From the IMG/VR virus record IMGVR_UViG_3300020577_006105: a DNA stretch of 64,000 nt; one strand, 5' to 3'. The notes beneath the pieces are model-generated. The model made no database searches. It saw only the letters and a list, made by a program, of their open reading frames with translations, and was not told the DNA's origin. Made by a program: the position numbers and the translations under genes. This DNA comes from a virus (lineage: Duplodnaviria; Caudoviricetes). Shown here piece after piece: positions 45,901 through 55,929 of the stretch. Each line of letters starts with the position of its first letter. Within the stretch, counting starts at the first letter, position 1.

Positions 45901-47377
45901 TACAGCATGGCACTACGATGCTGGTCGTGATACACCAGATTGGACTCCGGTATCTGGGACTATTTGGCTTTCTGGATACAACGGAGAAACCGAAACAATA
46001 ACACCTGTGTTTAACCAAGAAGATGGATATTACGAAGAGGTTTTGTGCTATGACAAAACAGCAATCAAGATAACAGTTCCAAGCGACACAGACCGTATCG
46101 GTGTTTTGCTTTCGGCTATTCTGCAGGAAGAAAATCCATATGGTACATTGCTGAATGGAACTGGTAAAAGGGTCAGGATGCGCATTGTTACCAGTGTCGC
46201 AGACTTTCCGTCTGGTGTTGAGGTGACCACAGCCACAGGTCCAGAGATGCGCAGCATTACAGACAGCCTGGTTGAATACAAATTTGAAACAGAAGACACA
46301 TTGTCTGCCGGCACTTACTGGGCAGAGTTTTACTTCGATGAAACGCCACGCGGCGGATGGGTGTTTGTGCCCAAAGACACAAGCGATGTCACAAATGGGT
46401 ATGTGGCACATCGACACCCTGATGATACGTGGGTTGCACATTCATCAGATGTTTGGCTAGACTGTTATCAACAAACATATGCAGTTCTGGGCGCATTCAA
46501 TCGCGACACCCCAAACATCACAGAACATTTACCACCCCCAAACGACCAACGCAGATATACCGCAGTCAACACAAAAAGCAACGTATACAAAGTTGACACA
46601 TTTTGGTCATACACCTCGAGACAACTCGAAGAGCCATCGGAGTTGTCGATTTATCCTCGAGCATTCTATAACTCTAACACTGCATCATGGGAATATGCAC
46701 CAAGAAGTCGAGACATATTTGTAAAGGTCAAACTATGGGTTGACGGCCGCGTCGTTGAAAAAGACATCATACACCTTGAACCTGCTCCTGGTTGGAGGGC
46801 TCATTTCTGGGCAAAGACCTCTGGCGATGAGAAAGACCTAGACATCACTGACGAGCCTACAACAGATGTAATTGTAGAGAGTATCAATTATGAAAACTAT
46901 GAAGGAGATGATGATGAACTAGGCCAAAGCTGGAATGCAAGATTTGAAGGCAATTTTAGACCACTGTACGATGATGAGGTATACACTTTGGTGTTAGAGG
47001 CAAACACTGGTGCGCGTGTGTACTTTGAAGACATGGATACACCTGTAATAGATACATGGGATTCGCCTTCGTATGTGCCAGTAAGTTATGTTATTCCTGG
47101 CCCGCTTGACCAATCAAACACATACACGATTGTAGTAGAGCATTACAGAGATACAACAACGCAAAAACTAAAGCTGTTTTGGTATTCAACAACCAATCCA
47201 ATTCCAGAACTTATCAGCCCAGACACATCATACGCAGTTGCACCAACGGCAGTAACTCTTGGTCCGGAACTAGCAGACGGTATTGCATATTTGGCAGTGG
47301 CTAAAACACAAGAAGAACTAGAAACATATACAGACGGCGCCCCACCTGGTGATGTCATAGTAATAAGGAGTAGCTGA
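42908..47377 (+). CDS. Large virion protein with jelly-roll carbohydrate-binding-like modules and C-terminal PA14 domain (1489 aa)
   Basis: GWRAHFW..WNARFEGNF..YTLVLEANTGARVYF..VIDTW..YTIVVEHY..LKLFWYS (PA14); repeated LRASLYSSVDGLPGNLIA..YWFVI type modules. Confidence 0.65.
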   Translation: MNLDRVAFEQVYKALGMARNSLLGDFGDTNKYPGALMRMESALCRLRQATTFHDSDGSSGLLAYNTEDPVRFGVMDGILEEQDHDAPEFEDPGISTWYPRYYGPPSPEGWGIWYYNAWSSWDVEPQAGNTEGVNYDSRLTYTRPQRWDGAAHQDVPYFKHGRWVSLLNETGSTIGASSWVTFTISADKLDGCMLIDAETDVPRDIRVYAYDELVQTKTGSSWNATTLPSYGDMPVVLDMEVSKTGSTYGITVRVPANVTTWVDNSYWHIVVLWGTHEELSLEPISGIPGLPAITAISNVRIWTRKNFFRKDVGVQFGWTLDSIYAAYSFLRAKNRTHFKFYDGEYSDPPVPSLYSLQDWEAATPVGYTGALTGYLRDLRKGAACCIRLMGRPQKSDYESPDVKPLLSVGPEVTAEFWPENWDECPYFPPEIDGYETLGRIVVVRAPGALYDIVDQRDASFRTLLADIGDVDDANSDEISSLNCHFYIAWMSQDALSFARPPVEDPDAIERLLFALYLSLLELRLYSIDTPISSLAYGLLPPGAYLPNTILTGLSNLRNENNTSSKAFRAALKTPINSELVPEDGYQSFEFDADERRVVSDIATRPPSTVMARLDSNLLSTTGEVLDVSNTFEVFMDESDQCDAITSDSSADRLTNDYTLRLKLQDFDENQFEKDLYVTASKYYLSDSEYDARIAAGLSTLGYFKKDTLQYMNEFRLHGYAGVIPDLSMRDYRIINTRVVSPDDETLVTEEQFRKNLENQGYSQEQIDDAVRDFLDNGGQFLIIDLRQYDNKFISLDELGVCVSQLASYDSPYWVNNLNGFFDFADSSTPDEPVEPEVARGDSFTIAPSGLDPSLLESYGNQVLASEDPGLDKTSNTGHETAIVLPAFATKIVTSVDSGISGFKLRLRKSSYDGEFTNSPGAGLRASLYSSVDGLPGNLIATGGTVTFDSISDIDFTEKEFFLNHNFAQARVYWFVIEPTEAMPWGFVAVESKTEPVTLTAWHYDAGRDTPDWTPVSGTIWLSGYNGETETITPVFNQEDGYYEEVLCYDKTAIKITVPSDTDRIGVLLSAILQEENPYGTLLNGTGKRVRMRIVTSVADFPSGVEVTTATGPEMRSITDSLVEYKFETEDTLSAGTYWAEFYFDETPRGGWVFVPKDTSDVTNGYVAHRHPDDTWVAHSSDVWLDCYQQTYAVLGAFNRDTPNITEHLPPPNDQRRYTAVNTKSNVYKVDTFWSYTSRQLEEPSELSIYPRAFYNSNTASWEYAPRSRDIFVKVKLWVDGRVVEKDIIHLEPAPGWRAHFWAKTSGDEKDLDITDEPTTDVIVESINYENYEGDDDELGQSWNARFEGNFRPLYDDEVYTLVLEANTGARVYFEDMDTPVIDTWDSPSYVPVSYVIPGPLDQSNTYTIVVEHYRDTTTQKLKLFWYSTTNPIPELISPDTSYAVAPTAVTLGPELADGIAYLAVAKTQEELETYTDGAPPGDVIVIRSS

Positions 47378-48261
47378 TGTCACAACCATTCTTAAGCGCA
47401 GAAATAGTTAATGCAGTTGTGGTATCAGTAGACAAGTTTTTGTCTGCTGAAGACCGCGCCTTATCGTCAGCAGAAATGGCCATAGGTACAGCATTGTCCT
47501 CAAGGAATTTAGAGTGCTCGTTCGGTGCTTGTTGGGTCGAGCCATCAGATGCAAGCAATGCCTTGAAGCCTGTAGTGGTTGGTACTGGTCTGTTTCGAAA
47601 ATACGGCGACGCAACACCGACTGCAAAATACGATTCATCACCGTATGAAGTAGCGTTTGATTATAATGTGTTCTTGGGTGCTCGTCCGCTCAATGACGTT
47701 TATGTTTTCGGCGCCACATACGCTGTAGCATACAAAGTGTCCACTACTCCGTTTCTGGATATCAACGCGCTGCCATTCAAGGGCGGCGCGACCAACGAGG
47801 GCTCACCTTTGCTCATAGGAAGAACAATTTCAGTTCAAGAAGCGCTTGAACTTGTGAATAGTGAATATATGTCTGTGTTCACTATTACAGACCCAGGTGA
47901 CGAAGTTGAATACCTAGAGTTGCAGCGATTTGTCATTAGTGTTGACAATTATATCCCTGGCTCAACCAGCTTGACTGAAGCCAAGGTGTATTTTGCAGAC
48001 AAAAGGTCACCAAGGGCATGGGGTGGTTTTGCCGATGAAATCAGCGCTGCATACTTTAATCCAAGTGCAATCAGCAACTGGCGTTCTCAAGCAGAGATTG
48101 CAGACCAAGCAGCTCTCTCGCTGTACAATTTCGTTAGTGCATGGGTTGATTTAACGGCGTGGACGCCAGACTTTGTGGATTATTGGACGACATATAGTGA
48201 TGATATGCCACAGAGACTGAAACAATACTTACTGGACGAGCTGAACATCATTTTGCCGTGA
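47377..48261 (+). CDS. Hypothetical structural protein (294 aa)
   Basis: ORF track; TGATG overlap. Confidence 0.6.
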   Translation: MSQPFLSAEIVNAVVVSVDKFLSAEDRALSSAEMAIGTALSSRNLECSFGACWVEPSDASNALKPVVVGTGLFRKYGDATPTAKYDSSPYEVAFDYNVFLGARPLNDVYVFGATYAVAYKVSTTPFLDINALPFKGGATNEGSPLLIGRTISVQEALELVNSEYMSVFTITDPGDEVEYLELQRFVISVDNYIPGSTSLTEAKVYFADKRSPRAWGGFADEISAAYFNPSAISNWRSQAEIADQAALSLYNFVSAWVDLTAWTPDFVDYWTTYSDDMPQRLKQYLLDELNIILP

Positions 48262-50690
48262 GCATAGATATGGTTGAAGAATACATTTACGAATTAGTCA
48301 GAGCAATAGGCGACATGCATGTAGCAGTGCAAGATGGTGTCGGCAATGAAACGACTCCAAAGAGCGCGACTTTTGAATTGTACCAACTCGAGCAACTGGC
48401 CTCAAATCAACTACCTGCTTTTGGTATTTTGGAGACAACACCAGCGGGATTCACTGGTTCATATGATAGTGTCAACGATAAGTACTTTGTGAATTTCAGT
48501 TCTGGAGAAGTCGGATATAATGGACAAAGGCTGGTAATCCCAGCACAAAAAATTGCAATCCGAAGGGTATTTGCAGACACATATGGCGCTGGGTATCTAT
48601 ATGGTATCAGGGTTGGCTTTTCACTTACGGAAGCCGAACGTGCTACTCAGTCTTATTCCACAACGACTTCTGCATCTACGTCTGCAAACGCTACTGAATT
48701 ACCAATCAATAACATCAGTCTGGTCGAATCACTTGGGTTTCCTGTATCAGCACATGTTAACAATGTGTTTGTCAGGTTCTCTGGCGTAAATACAGCCGGC
48801 ACCGCACTTGTTGTAGACCCTAGCTATGATAATGGCGTTGGACTAGTCAGCGACCCTCTTCGATACGGCCGCATTTCATCATCAATTGCCTCTGGCTCAC
48901 CTGTGTATTTTGTGTACGAACCAAGGCTGTCTGTGTTGTATGGCTTGCCAGTGCTTCATGGTGGCACAAATCCAGAAACGTTCTATTACTTTCCACCGTT
49001 GCCAGACACGTGGCTTCCTGTCGCAGACATGCTTGCTGGCACGCCAGAAGACCCAGAACTAACAGAAGATGCTGGCGAACCGGTGATTCTTAGAACTGTT
49101 CAGGCTTATCCGTCACCTGACTCAACCAATCCAATTTTTGGCTCTGCTGATGCAAGTACTATCACAAGAGCAGCAAAGCAAACCAGAATTGCATTGAAGC
49201 AAGCCAGGGACAATGCTAGTTTGGCCAACATGATGGCCGCTATGGAAGAATATACCGCTCAGGTAGCCGATGCACCAGACCAGGATTTCAGAACATATTG
49301 GGCAACTCGCTCGTTTAAGCCATCTAGCTATTTCGCTCGAGGTATTTCATTCGCAGGCCTCGAGAGATTTGAGTTCCCTCGTAATTTTGCTCGGGCGTAT
49401 TACGATATCAGAGGCGTTGACGTACAGCACACATTTGCTATTTTCCGTGGCGACTTGTTTGATTATGCATATGGAATTGTGGGCGATGCCCCGACTAATG
49501 TCACAGGAACCAGTTATCGTTCAGATGATGTGTATTGGACAGGTGAGTCTTTCTCAATGAGTCGCGGCACGTATATCTATGGAGTCAGTGCGGTAACCAA
49601 CAATGGTGAAACACCGGTCACATACGCCACTGCAAACGCAAGTTACTCAAGCCCGTCTTATTTTGTTAATCATATTGAGTTCGATGAAGTAACCGATGCT
49701 CTTTTCTACCATGTCTATCGTCGTTCAAATTTGGTTGGGGACCAGATTGACTATCGTTTAACTGAAGTTGGCGAAGTTACAGGCTATGGTTCATACACAT
49801 TCCCAGGACTCACATATGACACCACCAGAACCATGTCCACGGCATTTGAAGCTATCAAATTCACTGCTTCTGGGACACTGCTCCAGGGTATTAGATGCCA
49901 GGTTCAAACATCGGCCACATTGTCTAATCCATTAGAAACCTTGACGTTTTACATCTATAATGACAATGCGGGTGTACCAGGAAGCGTCGTGGCTACAATT
50001 ACAGACACGGTGCCATATGGTGATTTGACAGCAACCACAAGAACTATTTTGCTAAAGTGCTCAGCAAATCTAACTGATGGCAATGACTACTGGCTTGTCA
50101 TGGAACAGTCTGCGGCACCCACAGGCGGAAACATTCGTTTTGTCGCATCGTCAGCAGTTGCAACTGGTAAATATGCAACAGCCACAACACCGCCGACGTG
50201 GTCTACGGTCAACAATCTAACAGCATACATTCACCCAATGTACGGTTATATCGACAGTGGTGTCGCAGGACAAGCAGTGACACAACGCGGACTCAGGCTA
50301 ACAGGTGATATTGCACTAGAACCGCGAAGACTACGCGTATATGTTCCGCCTGTAGAAGCAAACACATTGATTCGCGGTCGAGACCCGGTTGTTGCATTCG
50401 CCGGCGATGATGAGTATGATTTGTCAGACCCAGAAAACAGTCCGACGAAGAATGAATTGATTGTCACGGTTACCGCTCGACTCGGAGCGACGGGCACGCC
50501 ACAAACATTCAGTGTGACAGTCCCGCAAAACACCATTCGAGGCACTGAGTTTCTCGTGGGCTCTGAATCAGATTTATTTGACAGAGTTGACGAGGTTCTC
50601 ATTACACCTGGCACTGACCTAAGCATGGATGCAAATTATCGTATTGCTTGGAGTTTATACGATTTTGTCACAGTAGAAACGGTGCCGTAA
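48258..50690 (+). CDS. Virion structural protein (810 aa)
   Basis: FN3-like YIYGVSAV..GET..FYHVYRR; LTFYIYNDNAGVPGSVVAT..DYWLVM module shared with 42908..47377. Confidence 0.6.
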   Translation: MSIDMVEEYIYELVRAIGDMHVAVQDGVGNETTPKSATFELYQLEQLASNQLPAFGILETTPAGFTGSYDSVNDKYFVNFSSGEVGYNGQRLVIPAQKIAIRRVFADTYGAGYLYGIRVGFSLTEAERATQSYSTTTSASTSANATELPINNISLVESLGFPVSAHVNNVFVRFSGVNTAGTALVVDPSYDNGVGLVSDPLRYGRISSSIASGSPVYFVYEPRLSVLYGLPVLHGGTNPETFYYFPPLPDTWLPVADMLAGTPEDPELTEDAGEPVILRTVQAYPSPDSTNPIFGSADASTITRAAKQTRIALKQARDNASLANMMAAMEEYTAQVADAPDQDFRTYWATRSFKPSSYFARGISFAGLERFEFPRNFARAYYDIRGVDVQHTFAIFRGDLFDYAYGIVGDAPTNVTGTSYRSDDVYWTGESFSMSRGTYIYGVSAVTNNGETPVTYATANASYSSPSYFVNHIEFDEVTDALFYHVYRRSNLVGDQIDYRLTEVGEVTGYGSYTFPGLTYDTTRTMSTAFEAIKFTASGTLLQGIRCQVQTSATLSNPLETLTFYIYNDNAGVPGSVVATITDTVPYGDLTATTRTILLKCSANLTDGNDYWLVMEQSAAPTGGNIRFVASSAVATGKYATATTPPTWSTVNNLTAYIHPMYGYIDSGVAGQAVTQRGLRLTGDIALEPRRLRVYVPPVEANTLIRGRDPVVAFAGDDEYDLSDPENSPTKNELIVTVTARLGATGTPQTFSVTVPQNTIRGTEFLVGSESDLFDRVDEVLITPGTDLSMDANYRIAWSLYDFVTVETVP

Positions 50691-52051
50691 TGTCTGTTCA
50701 ATCAATCTATAGTAGTCTCGGAATGCTTGGGTTTCACGAGGGGTTTGTAGACCTCTTGGCTATTGTGCGCAACGAACCAAGCGAACCGCTATATGCAATT
50801 GACATAGTAGATGAGGTCGTACCGCGCACCATTCTCGCAGCCAGTTCGTTTCGATTAAACGTAGACCAGGCACCAAAGGTCACCGAGAAGTCCGCTGGAG
50901 AATCAGTAGACCCAAGCAACTTTATGGTGCCGCCGCTGACCATTTCTGCGACACTCGATATGCCACTACAAAGTCCAATTCAGGGATGGGTCGACCCGGC
51001 TTTTGCGGACTTGTATCACATGACCAGGCTTTCGTATGCGGGCACTCCAACCGTTGCATTAACCAGATGTCGTCAAACCATGGCACCCTCTGCAACTGAG
51101 TTGTTAGTAGATAACGCTGCTGATTTTGTTAGATTGTCAACACCATTCACTGTTAGTATTATTGACAATGGGATTACGAGTTCAGCAACTGTAACAAGCG
51201 TCAACAAACGCCTTGGTAAATTCACGTTTTCTGGAGCAATTGGAAGGACTACGACATCTGAGACACAGATATTTGCGCCACTTCGCGCTGCAACTGATAT
51301 ATTTCACGAACGGGCCTTCTCTCTTGTCTCACTACGAGAGGGATTGCTGACAGGATGTCTTGTAAAAAGCATAGAGCTTTCTTTTAAGCCAGGCCAGCCA
51401 ATCAAGGTTTCATCCGAAATCAATGCATGCAGACTTGACAGATATCATCAAATGGCAATTCGAAATGAATCAGCGGCAATTGTTGCGGCCTACGCCGCTC
51501 AACCACCTGCACGTATGGTTGGTCACACTGCTGTAGTGATTGAGTCAATTGCTTCTGACTCATGGTCTTTTGGTATGGATGGCGTTGTTGACAGCCCGCT
51601 GTTTAGAGGATTTTCTGGAATTAACCTGTTGCCAACCAGTATACAAGAATTCACATTCAAAATCGAACATAATATCATACCAATACATTCTATGCATGCA
51701 GTTGGAATCGAACCTGAGCGAGCAGAATACGACAATTCGGCAACTCGAGAGATGCTAAACGCATTTCCGTTTGCACTTGCCGTAGAAAGTCGCATAGTGA
51801 ATGGAACGATTACATACAAAGCACCAATAGAACCATGGGCACTTGCTGAGCGATTATCAGGGCCAAATGGAATTGGACAAAATGGGCTAAGGATTTCAGC
51901 AGACACTTTCAGACTTGAGGTGCCTCATGTGGTTTGGGCTCCCTCGAGTGGCACGGGTCAGTCTAAAGAAGCGCAAACCAGACAGGTTCAGTGGACTATG
52001 GTCACTGATGTGTATGAAGACCTTCCAGCCATGACATACATTACAAGCTGA
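50690..52051 (+). CDS. Tail tube-like protein 1
   Basis: GCLVKSIELSFKPGQPIKVSSEI..IQEFTFKIEHNI..RIVNGTIT; start moved to ATG 50690 (TAATG overlap). Confidence 0.55.
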   Translation: MSVQSIYSSLGMLGFHEGFVDLLAIVRNEPSEPLYAIDIVDEVVPRTILAASSFRLNVDQAPKVTEKSAGESVDPSNFMVPPLTISATLDMPLQSPIQGWVDPAFADLYHMTRLSYAGTPTVALTRCRQTMAPSATELLVDNAADFVRLSTPFTVSIIDNGITSSATVTSVNKRLGKFTFSGAIGRTTTSETQIFAPLRAATDIFHERAFSLVSLREGLLTGCLVKSIELSFKPGQPIKVSSEINACRLDRYHQMAIRNESAAIVAAYAAQPPARMVGHTAVVIESIASDSWSFGMDGVVDSPLFRGFSGINLLPTSIQEFTFKIEHNIIPIHSMHAVGIEPERAEYDNSATREMLNAFPFALAVESRIVNGTITYKAPIEPWALAERLSGPNGIGQNGLRISADTFRLEVPHVVWAPSSGTGQSKEAQTRQVQWTMVTDVYEDLPAMTYITS

Positions 52052-52725
52052 TGAAAATAGTCGATGTTGTTATTCTGAGCTATACGAAAAACGAACGATT
52101 CTATGCAATGACGCGCCACTGCATAGAATCGTTGCATTCTTCGGAAAACGATTGGGGTTTTAGGGTGCATTTAGTTGAAACTGCACCAGAACTTGGTGGT
52201 ATGACATACAATGATATTGTGCATCGTGTAATTCAACCAAATTTGCCGTTCAATTACAACCAGTATCTGAACATGGCTTTGCCAGAATGCACAAGCGAAT
52301 ATGTCATCATTATGAACAATGATGTTTTATGTCATAATGGCTGGTTTTCTGAGATTGTCGACAAGATGAAAGAGCACAATCTAGATTCCGCGTCTCCAAA
52401 ATGCCCAATATGGGAAGCACACAGACCTTATGATAATGGAATATTGCCCGGTTTTGAATCTGGTATCCATTTTTGCGGATGGTGTCTGGTTATGAAACAA
52501 GACACATTGAAGCATATCATGCCACTTGATGAGGCGTTCAGTTTTTGGTTTCAGGATAACGATTTGGCTCAATACCTTAGATGCACCAAGAAGAAACATG
52601 CGCTTGTCACATCTTCACTTGTAACACATCTTGAGTCACAGTCTCATGAACTCCTAGACCCAAAAGACAAAATTAACAAAACATATGGATTACGGCAAGT
52701 GTTTGCCGATAAGTGGGGCATGTAA
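52051..52725 (+). CDS. Glycosyltransferase family 2
   Basis: VDVVILSY..FNYNQYLNMAL..YVIIMNNDV..GWCLVM..LDEAFSFWFQDNDL..VTHLESQS. Confidence 0.85.
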   Translation: MKIVDVVILSYTKNERFYAMTRHCIESLHSSENDWGFRVHLVETAPELGGMTYNDIVHRVIQPNLPFNYNQYLNMALPECTSEYVIIMNNDVLCHNGWFSEIVDKMKEHNLDSASPKCPIWEAHRPYDNGILPGFESGIHFCGWCLVMKQDTLKHIMPLDEAFSFWFQDNDLAQYLRCTKKKHALVTSSLVTHLESQSHELLDPKDKINKTYGLRQVFADKWGM

Positions 52726-53546
52726 TGAATTCAGAGAAAATCGGTATCGCAATCACAACCAGAAACAGACCAGAGGTTCTCTCGGTCTGTCTTAGACATT
52801 TCGCTGTGTTCAAACCCGGACTTGATTATTCGTTTTTTGTACTTGATGACAATAGTGACGAAGATATCGCCAACATGAATGAGCAATCATGTGTAGAGCA
52901 TGGGTTTTCAATGAGCTATGTCTACGCTAGTGAAAGAATGGGTATTGCCAAAGCCAAAAATCAATGCCTGGAACGACTTGGTGATTGTGACTATTGTTTC
53001 CTGTTTGATGATGACTGCTTTCCCAAACAGACTGGATGGGACGAACTTTATGTCAACTGCTATAAGCACAGTGGCTGCCATCATCTGCTCTATAACGCAC
53101 ACATTGGCCCCTATGCACCTGTTGGCAAAGCATTCGGTGTTGAAGAGTACAATGCTGAGCTCGGCGTGCTGATGTTTATGACAAGGCATTGTCTTGACGT
53201 TATAGGCGGATTTGACGAACGTTACGGCATTTATGGCTACGAACACATAGAATACACTAGACGCGCCCAGGAAGCCATTCTGACCAACAAACTAGGCCGC
53301 TCCTGCGTGCCTGTCGGCGCAAGCAACTATATTTACGCCTTCGACCTTGATTGGCAAATGGGAAGAGTCCCACCACCACTGAAAAGTTTACCACATGAGT
53401 TTCAGAGTAGCTTGGTGGAAGAACCCTGGGAAGCATATCGAATTCATGCACGCAAGGTCAATGGGATTATCAACGAAGAGGTCTCTAGACGAGAACGTCA
53501 GCTACACGTTCCAATTACTGGTCAAAACGCAATGGATTTTTCTTGA
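52725..53546 (+). CDS. Glycosyltransferase family 2
   Basis: IGIAITTRNR..VLDDNS..GIAKAKN..FLFDDD..IGGFDERYGIYGYEH; likely start MNSEK at 52725. Confidence 0.85.
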   Translation: MNSEKIGIAITTRNRPEVLSVCLRHFAVFKPGLDYSFFVLDDNSDEDIANMNEQSCVEHGFSMSYVYASERMGIAKAKNQCLERLGDCDYCFLFDDDCFPKQTGWDELYVNCYKHSGCHHLLYNAHIGPYAPVGKAFGVEEYNAELGVLMFMTRHCLDVIGGFDERYGIYGYEHIEYTRRAQEAILTNKLGRSCVPVGASNYIYAFDLDWQMGRVPPPLKSLPHEFQSSLVEEPWEAYRIHARKVNGIINEEVSRRERQLHVPITGQNAMDFS

Positions 53547-54319
53547 CGAAACATATTTGGGTGTAAATTGTGAGCAAATAAAACATCTACGCCATGATAC
53601 GTGTATGACAATCCATTGTATGCAGTGCCCGGTTTTGCGCCATGACAACCATGCGTGTGAAATGTAGCTGGCATCACACGCACTCTCAGGTCTCCGCGAT
53701 ATGCAATGATGTAAGATATCAACCATTGCTGCCTTGCGTAATGCTCGAATATGTAATCAGTGCTCCCAATATTTCTAGCGTATTCCTCGAGTATCACAGA
53801 GAATGTAGAAACCGTAGCAGCCATTACGCCGGTGTTGTAGCATTTCGATGTTTTGATATTGGTATCTTTGAACACATCTGTAAGACTTTCCACCGGGACG
53901 AACGGTCTCAAATACTTTGCCTCTTCATACAGGGTTTCATTGGCGTCTTTGTTTTCTCCAACAAACACTTCTCCGTGTTTTAGCTTTCTCAATATGTCCA
54001 TTTCTTCAGGCCACATTCGCCTTTGCATTCGCATATCTGAGTCAGTAAACAAAACCACATCATCATGGTCTAAATTCAAGAAACTAATGAACGCACCGTG
54101 CTGCATGCATCTATTGGAGTGTGGGGCTATGACCTGGTGTTCATTTGTGTAGACATATCTCCATGGCTCACAAACCTCAGATTCATTTGGAAGAAAGTTC
54201 AGGCACAGGGCAACATAGTCGTCAAATTCTCCGTGTTCGGCCACAGAATCTATGTAATCTCTGGTCTTCGGGAAATAGGCACGGTCAAAACCGGTAGATA
54301 TGACGACTTTCCTGCTCAC
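53522..54319 (-). CDS. GT-A glycosyltransferase (GT8-like)
   Basis: VLFTDSDM..YNTGVMA..QQWLIS..LFAHN; probable GTG start at 54319, which avoids overlap with the divergent gene. Confidence 0.65.
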   Translation of the reverse strand: MSRKVVISTGFDRAYFPKTRDYIDSVAEHGEFDDYVALCLNFLPNESEVCEPWRYVYTNEHQVIAPHSNRCMQHGAFISFLNLDHDDVVLFTDSDMRMQRRMWPEEMDILRKLKHGEVFVGENKDANETLYEEAKYLRPFVPVESLTDVFKDTNIKTSKCYNTGVMAATVSTFSVILEEYARNIGSTDYIFEHYARQQWLISYIIAYRGDLRVRVMPATFHTHGCHGAKPGTAYNGLSYTYHGVDVLFAHNLHPNMFRQEKSIAF

Positions 54320-54344
54320 ATCAGCATTGTACAAGTTGAATAGA

Positions 54345-54734
54345 ATGAGTTTGTTTGTTGACCAAAATCCAGCAATCGAAATACGCTTTAAGTTTCGCAT
54401 GATTCCAGACGGAGGAATTGAGTTTCTTGGTGCTGGGTCTGATGAAGAATGTGATGAAATCATCTGTGCTTGCAAAGGCCGCGATTTCGACACAATGTCC
54501 CGCGTTCTCGAGGACTCGACTATTATCAATCACATTACTGGAAATGCGATGGTTCGAACCAGGAACCTATACCGTGGCATCGTTTGTAATTTTGTCAAGG
54601 CGTGGAATCTAAAAGACGAGAAGACAGAAAAACAAATCCCAATTACGCCAGAGGTTGTTGGCCAAATGCATGACGAAATCCCAAGGGCAATCGCTCGAGA
54701 ATGGTTAAAGAAAACTGGTCGGAGAAATAGATGA
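54345..54734 (+). CDS. Tail assembly chaperone-like protein
   Basis: IVCNFVKAWNLKDE....IPITPEVVGQM pattern; likely start MSLFVD at 54345. Confidence 0.5.
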   Translation: MSLFVDQNPAIEIRFKFRMIPDGGIEFLGAGSDEECDEIICACKGRDFDTMSRVLEDSTIINHITGNAMVRTRNLYRGIVCNFVKAWNLKDEKTEKQIPITPEVVGQMHDEIPRAIAREWLKKTGRRNR

Positions 54735-55927
54735 GAACACCGCCGTTAATCTCAAGCGGACAACAGTCTGTGTACTTAATGTCTATGACTGACTACAACC
54801 CTGGCATATGGTTAGACGAGAGTCAAACTCGTATTGGAATGTGCAACCGCAAAAACGGACTTGAACCCATCAAAGACACGTACACATGGGATATGCACAG
54901 ATTGGCAAGCGGATTACCACTTGAGAGAAACGGGTCTGGATTTAACACTCTATCATCAACATCACCATACTGGCGACCACTCTTGGTTGGGTCGTATTCT
55001 GATGACGCAGGTTCAAGAGTGTTTGAACCACTAGAAACGCATTTTGCAGTTGCTCCATTCACGCATGGTCTTGCGGCAGGACACGTGTTTGACTCTAAGA
55101 TGCAAACATCTCCGTTGATACCATTGGCAAGCGGGGATGTACTGTTCCCGTATTTGTCATTGAATTACCTTGGAGAAGTGGCACTGAGGCAATCAATAAT
55201 CTACCCAGGCATGCCGATGTTTGTGGGAACCACTACGCCAGCTTCGCGGGCCTACGGTCCTGTATTCATGTCATCTGCATCATTCAGTGTATCTGGTTCC
55301 GGTTCGTTATCTCCGGTGCAAGTCAGTGTTGATTGGAAAGGTGGAAAAGTAGTGCGCTCGCCGTTGATGCCACCAAATGCGTTCTGGGACGGAGATATAG
55401 AAACACGAGGGTATGCCAATGAATATCGCACGGCGAACATAATGGATTGTGGGTTTGACACAACACTACAGTTGACATCAGCAGACCTTGCATTGTCAAT
55501 GTCAAACTCGCGATACTGGGATTATGAAGCATTGGTTGGTATGAGTCTTAGTGTGCAACAAAGTGTCAAATTCGAATATACGTGCCCATCCAGGGGCAGG
55601 AGTGACCAACATGGTCCAAGATTTGTTTCAGTATCAAATAGAGTTGTAAGGGGAGAAATCACTTTCACTGGCCGCGACAGAGAGGCATTGTTCGAAGGCA
55701 TGACACAAGGTTCGTCTGGTTCGGTCACTATGTACTTTGGTGGCCCGTTCCTGTTTCCAATGCAGAATGTTGATTGGAACAAGCCAACTACTTCCCTAAA
55801 CCCTGGAAAAACATATGATGTGACATATTCATTTGTCGCCCGGTCTTGTGACTATGCAGTCACAAAGGGATTCACAGCAGCTACATCTGGATATCCAACA
55901 TCAGAGTTTTACGCAACCACAGAATAA
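54731..55927 (+). CDS. Tail tube-like protein 2
   Basis: SSASFSVSG..VQVSVDWKG..VGMSLSVQQSV..RVVRGEITF, parallel to 50690..52051. Confidence 0.45.
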   Translation: MRTPPLISSGQQSVYLMSMTDYNPGIWLDESQTRIGMCNRKNGLEPIKDTYTWDMHRLASGLPLERNGSGFNTLSSTSPYWRPLLVGSYSDDAGSRVFEPLETHFAVAPFTHGLAAGHVFDSKMQTSPLIPLASGDVLFPYLSLNYLGEVALRQSIIYPGMPMFVGTTTPASRAYGPVFMSSASFSVSGSGSLSPVQVSVDWKGGKVVRSPLMPPNAFWDGDIETRGYANEYRTANIMDCGFDTTLQLTSADLALSMSNSRYWDYEALVGMSLSVQQSVKFEYTCPSRGRSDQHGPRFVSVSNRVVRGEITFTGRDREALFEGMTQGSSGSVTMYFGGPFLFPMQNVDWNKPTTSLNPGKTYDVTYSFVARSCDYAVTKGFTAATSGYPTSEFYATTE

Positions 55928-55929
55928 TC

